From: Neoechinorhynchus agilis | Lineage: Eukaryota; Animalia; Acanthocephala | Direction of reading: 5' to 3' | Assembly: GCA_051530055.1 (NCBI GenBank) | Contig: CM121343.1 | Location: 2,202,389-2,266,388 of the forward strand | DNA: 64,000 nucleotides | Shown here: in pieces, positions 60,430-64,000 of the stretch | How positions within the stretch are numbered: position 1 is the first letter of the stretch | Layout of the letters: the number at the start of each line of letters is the position of its first letter | Notes under the pieces: generated by a model | What the model was told of the DNA's origin: nothing | Seen by the model: only the letters and a program-made list of their open reading frames with translations | Databases searched by the model: none | Translations under genes and position numbers: made by a program

Positions 60430-61560
60430 TCAATTGTTCCACGTTCAATGACTTTGATGTCCTTCCATTCGCTGACTAACTCCATCATAGGTATTCCGTT
60501 GGTCTACATATATTTGTGTTTTGGGGACAGATTTACATTCAAAGTAAGTCCAAGGATACGAAGCTCATGTGGGGTATTGGAATTACTACTCGAGCGATTA
60601 TTAAGATCCATAAATTTATTGAAAAGTATTCTAAAATTTTTGCGAAGTTGACTCGAACGGACTTAGAAAATGCATTGAAGTTTTGCTAAATTAAGAGAGA
60701 GGTTCATTTTTTGTACATTAGAGTAAAGAAATTTTAAATATTGTTCAATTAAAAGTTTGAGTTTCTCCATTCTATGAGCGGTTATCTTAAAAGTTATGTC
60801 ATCTGCATAACAAGTTATACGAACTTAAATACTAAAATTTTGTGCGATGCATTGGGAAGCCAGGAGAAATAAAATAGGGGAGAGCGGCGAACGAAAAACC
60901 CTAGATTTTTATCCATCGATTAAACCACCTTTTTCTATTCACATAACGTACGAATTTTGTATTCAAGGCCGTCCGCTTTAATAGCGACTTAAGTTCCAAC
61001 GCTCCTTCCTTAATGCTCTTCAAAAACTACCTTACCTTTGGGCGTATACCTCCGGCTGGGCCGATAGGAACTATTTCTGGGTAGATATAGAAATACTATA
61101 ATATAACTGTAAGCCTTAACAGGTAATGAAATTGTAACCACTACAAACAGCATTATTAACCCTCTATTTTACAAATATTACATATTCTTGATTTCCCCTC
61201 TCACAGAGTAGAGTACAAGTGACTAAAGTTCGTTTCCTATCGATAATGTCTATTGGTTGTTGCATATTCGCCCTCCTTGAATTCGTTTGGATTCCGGTAA
61301 TATGGAAAAAAGATATATTCCCACGACAAAGATGCTACCTTCACATTGCCGAGGAATCTCTGGAGCTGTATGTCTTGTACTCTCACATCAACTTTGCTAA
61401 ATCTTCGCAAATATTCCAGTGCTTCATGGACATCAACTTGGAGCGATTCCAAAATGAGCTCATAGGGAATGCTATTTTCGGAGGAGAGTAGCGAAACCAG
61501 CAAAGCTCATAGAATGTAGCTGCTTTACTACCTCGTTTGTTCGAGAAATAGCAAGGCGCA
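60430..61560 (-). mobile_element. Decayed L1/Tx1-like LINE reverse transcriptase
   Basis: Minus strand shows, in the expected order, ..LSWEYIF (KAFD.V.W.Y-like region), PLSPILFLL, CYADDIT (YADD at 60809-60798) and ILGLTLN; many stops. Confidence 0.55.
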
Positions 61561-61915
61561 AATCTCTAGTTAACGATTAAATTTTAAACATCGTATCCCT
61601 AATTTCGATTTTTTTATGAATTTGCAGTGCTACTAATTTTTATTTACCAGTCCATGATAACGTTTGCATCAAATCTGATTCCCTCCAATCTGTTAAATCA
61701 ATGATAACCGAAGCCATCATTCGTATTTATGAATTAAAATCGATTCGTTCAAATCCTTTTGTGAGAATTTGTAAGTAATGCAACTACTTAAAAGGGTACT
61801 ACCTAGGACATCATTTGGCAATTTGACAATATCAAGAAGTCCGTTTTTAAAAGCCTTGTCGATGAATTTGGGGAAAAGCTACCCAATTTCAAAGATCCTC
61901 GTTCATGGTATTTTC

Positions 61916-63482
61916 TATAGGTGATAATCACACAAATTCATCTTATATTTTATAAAAATCGAAAACTTCATATAAAATGAAATTGAAAAATCCAAAACTT
62001 GGGATCAGAAATATGAACGATTCTTAAAAAATCACGTCATTTTTACCTGACGGACAGCGTTGCCCTTCTCTGATTCCTTTTCAGACAACCGAAGAAAAGC
62101 TTCCTGACGAAGACGCAAGGCGTCGAAAATTTGAATCAATAAACAAATAAAACACCCATTTTCCGTTCGATAATAAATCTGGAATGTCCAATAGGAAATT
62201 CCAATCAATTATTGACACTTTTCCAGAACCAAAAACAGTCGCCTTAACCGGTACTTAAATGACACTGTGAACGCAAAAGTAACAAATGTCGTTCAAAGTT
62301 CCATGGAATCAAAATAATAAGTTATTAAATCGAAAAGCGTAAGTTCGGTAAGTTAAAACAGGAAATTGTATCGAAATAAAGATGAACGCATAAAATAGCA
62401 AGTCGAAATCGATTTGTTGGTGATGTGAATCAGATGCTTTTACGTTTCAAGTTTTACGTTATTTCCGCTGCGAATATCACGTACGGCATAGAAAATTTAA
62501 GAATTCTCTACAAGGTCTATAAAGAATTAAAAGAAAATGTGAAAATTACAAAGCGGCATCCGGGAAACGCAATCTTAACCGGTCATCACTTTTAAAATTA
62601 ACTTACAATTTCAACTGAAGAATCCGAAATGCTCGATCGATTATAAAATTATTCATAAGAGCAAATCGACAGCGTTCGCGCTATTACGAAGTAAAGTTCG
62701 CGGTCAATGCGAAGAGTGGAAAGCGTGAATAAACGAAAGAAGCGCGTTTACATTTTCCTAAAAGTCGATCGATTTACGATGACATTTCAAAGTTTTGATT
62801 TCGCTTAATTGATTTGTTTTCCTGCGATTTCGAATACTGAACTGCATTTTTATCAAAATATTTCGATGCAATGCATCTAGCGTGATAGCGACAGCCGAGA
62901 AAAGAGAGAAGCTAAGATTTTGTGGACGGTGGTGATTATATCAGAAATTGCATTCTACATTTAAAGAAATTTGGATTAAACAATGAAGCATCCACTTTTT
63001 CTATATAAAAAGACGCACTCGAGTCTTCGAAATGGTAGATAAAGAAATTCGAAGAGAGAAATAAAAACTTAAAAATGTCGACGTGGCGCGAACGGCGTTT
63101 AAAGTTTTTTAATGTCGTTTTTTCGTTTAAACACGTTTTTCACTCTCCGCATCGTCTGCGAACTTTGATTCGCAATTTCGAAACAGTTGTCGATTTGCTC
63201 TTCTGCGTGATTTCAAAAGAGCTCGAGCATTTCGGCTTATTAAGTTGAGAATATAAATTTGTGAAAGTAATCACCGGTTAAGACGACTGTTTTTGGTTCT
63301 GAAAAAGTGTCAATAATTGATTGGAATTCCCAATTGAAGTTTTGTAAAAATGACGTGATTTTTTTCGAATTCTTAAGAATCGTTAATATTTCTGATCCCA
63401 AGTTTTGATTTTTCAATTTCATTTTTTATGAAGTTTTCGATTTTTATAAAATATAAGATGAATTTGTGTGATTATCACTATA
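61916..63482. mobile_element. Non-autonomous DNA-transposon-like element of about 1.57 kb with long terminal inverted repeats
   Basis: 61916-62252 is the reverse complement of 63268-63482, apart from an insertion of about 145 bp (about 62045-62190) in the left arm. Ends are tataggtgataatcac / gtgattatcactata. No ORF inside. Confidence 0.75.
62104..62132 (+). ncRNA. Minimal hammerhead ribozyme motif inside the insertion in the left TIR
   Basis: CTGACGA-A-GACGC-AAG-GCGTC-GAAA-ATTT, with a 3-bp stem I (TTC/GAA). Confidence 0.6.
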
Positions 63483-63793
63483 AAAGGAAACTTTTAACAC
63501 CCAAGCAAATTGAGATTTACTAATCGATGCTTTATTGAAAACAATTTAATAAGATCGAAGATGTGTAAGCACAAAGCAGTTAACAAATTAATTTTTAATC
63601 GAACAGTTCGCTCCATCCGCGATTTCAAACTTTGCATCCCTGAAGGAAATCTCAATTCCATTGTTGGAACCAATAGAATGCGCGAGTATTGATTCATGGC
63701 GTTTGTTGATCGTCTCATTGTTAATCCATATCTCTTTAAATTAAATTTGACAGAAAAATAGATCCCGCATTCTTTGAAGTGTCTTGCAACTTT

Positions 63794-64000
63794 CTAGTTG
63801 ATCTTGTTGTAGTCTTCTAAACTCTTAACATTAAACAATCCAGGGTCAATCTTTGCAATTGTACTCAAAAGTAAATCCAGCGTCACGGATTTTTCAATAC
63901 TTTCCTTGATCGCAATTGCAGTTTGAAAAGAATTCGCGATGTCCTTATCCGTTCTAACCCGAACCATCTTCCATTCACCTCCGGCAACAACGCATTCAAT
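63794..64000 (-). CDS. RNGTT: mRNA capping enzyme (guanylyltransferase) C-terminal end; gene runs off the window
   Basis: IECVVAGGEWKMVRVRTDKDIANSFQTAIAIKESIEKSVTLDLLL matches the conserved OB-fold end (IEC...W...R.R.DK..PN...TA..V..SI...VT...L). Stop TAG at 63796-63794. Not in the ORF track. Confidence 0.85.
   Translation of the reverse strand: MECVVAGGEWKMVRVRTDKDIANSFQTAIAIKESIEKSVTLDLLLSTIAKIDPGLFNVKSLEDYNKIN

Overview
This is AT-rich nuclear DNA from an invertebrate animal with short GT-AG introns (42-66 nt where junctions can be resolved). The taxon cannot be determined from the sequence. The supplied ORF track (unspliced, with TTG/GTG starts) is only partly informative. Genes from left to right: a divergent FoxO (+), a small ubiquitin-like gene (+), a multi-exon repeat protein with a C-terminal LIM domain (-), a tandem alpha-crystallin small HSP with polyQ (-), U1-70K (+), Msx (-), Onecut (-), a small TATA-driven secreted Cys peptide (-), nanos (+), TRM1 (-), an Ig-domain membrane protein (+) and the 3' end of the mRNA capping enzyme (-). 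Between them lie six unrelated tandem arrays (units of about 248, 186, 161, 154, 171 and 20 bp; roughly a fifth of the window). There are also decayed CRE, L2/CR1, L1-like, Gypsy and Penelope remnants, and several foldback/MITE-like hairpins. The most striking unexplained structure is a recurring set of minimal hammerhead-ribozyme motifs (CTGANGA-N-stem II-GAAA-palindromic stem III). Most are arranged as inverted pairs forming ORF-less hairpin elements. One pair still brackets a Penelope GIY-YIG endonuclease remnant whose stop codon is the UGA of the ribozyme core. A 472-bp piece of this locus is duplicated in inverted orientation around the small HSP gene, and a related eroded ribozyme family appears to have seeded the 171-bp satellite upstream of nanos. 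All alignments, copy counts and folds were done by eye, and none has been tested computationally.
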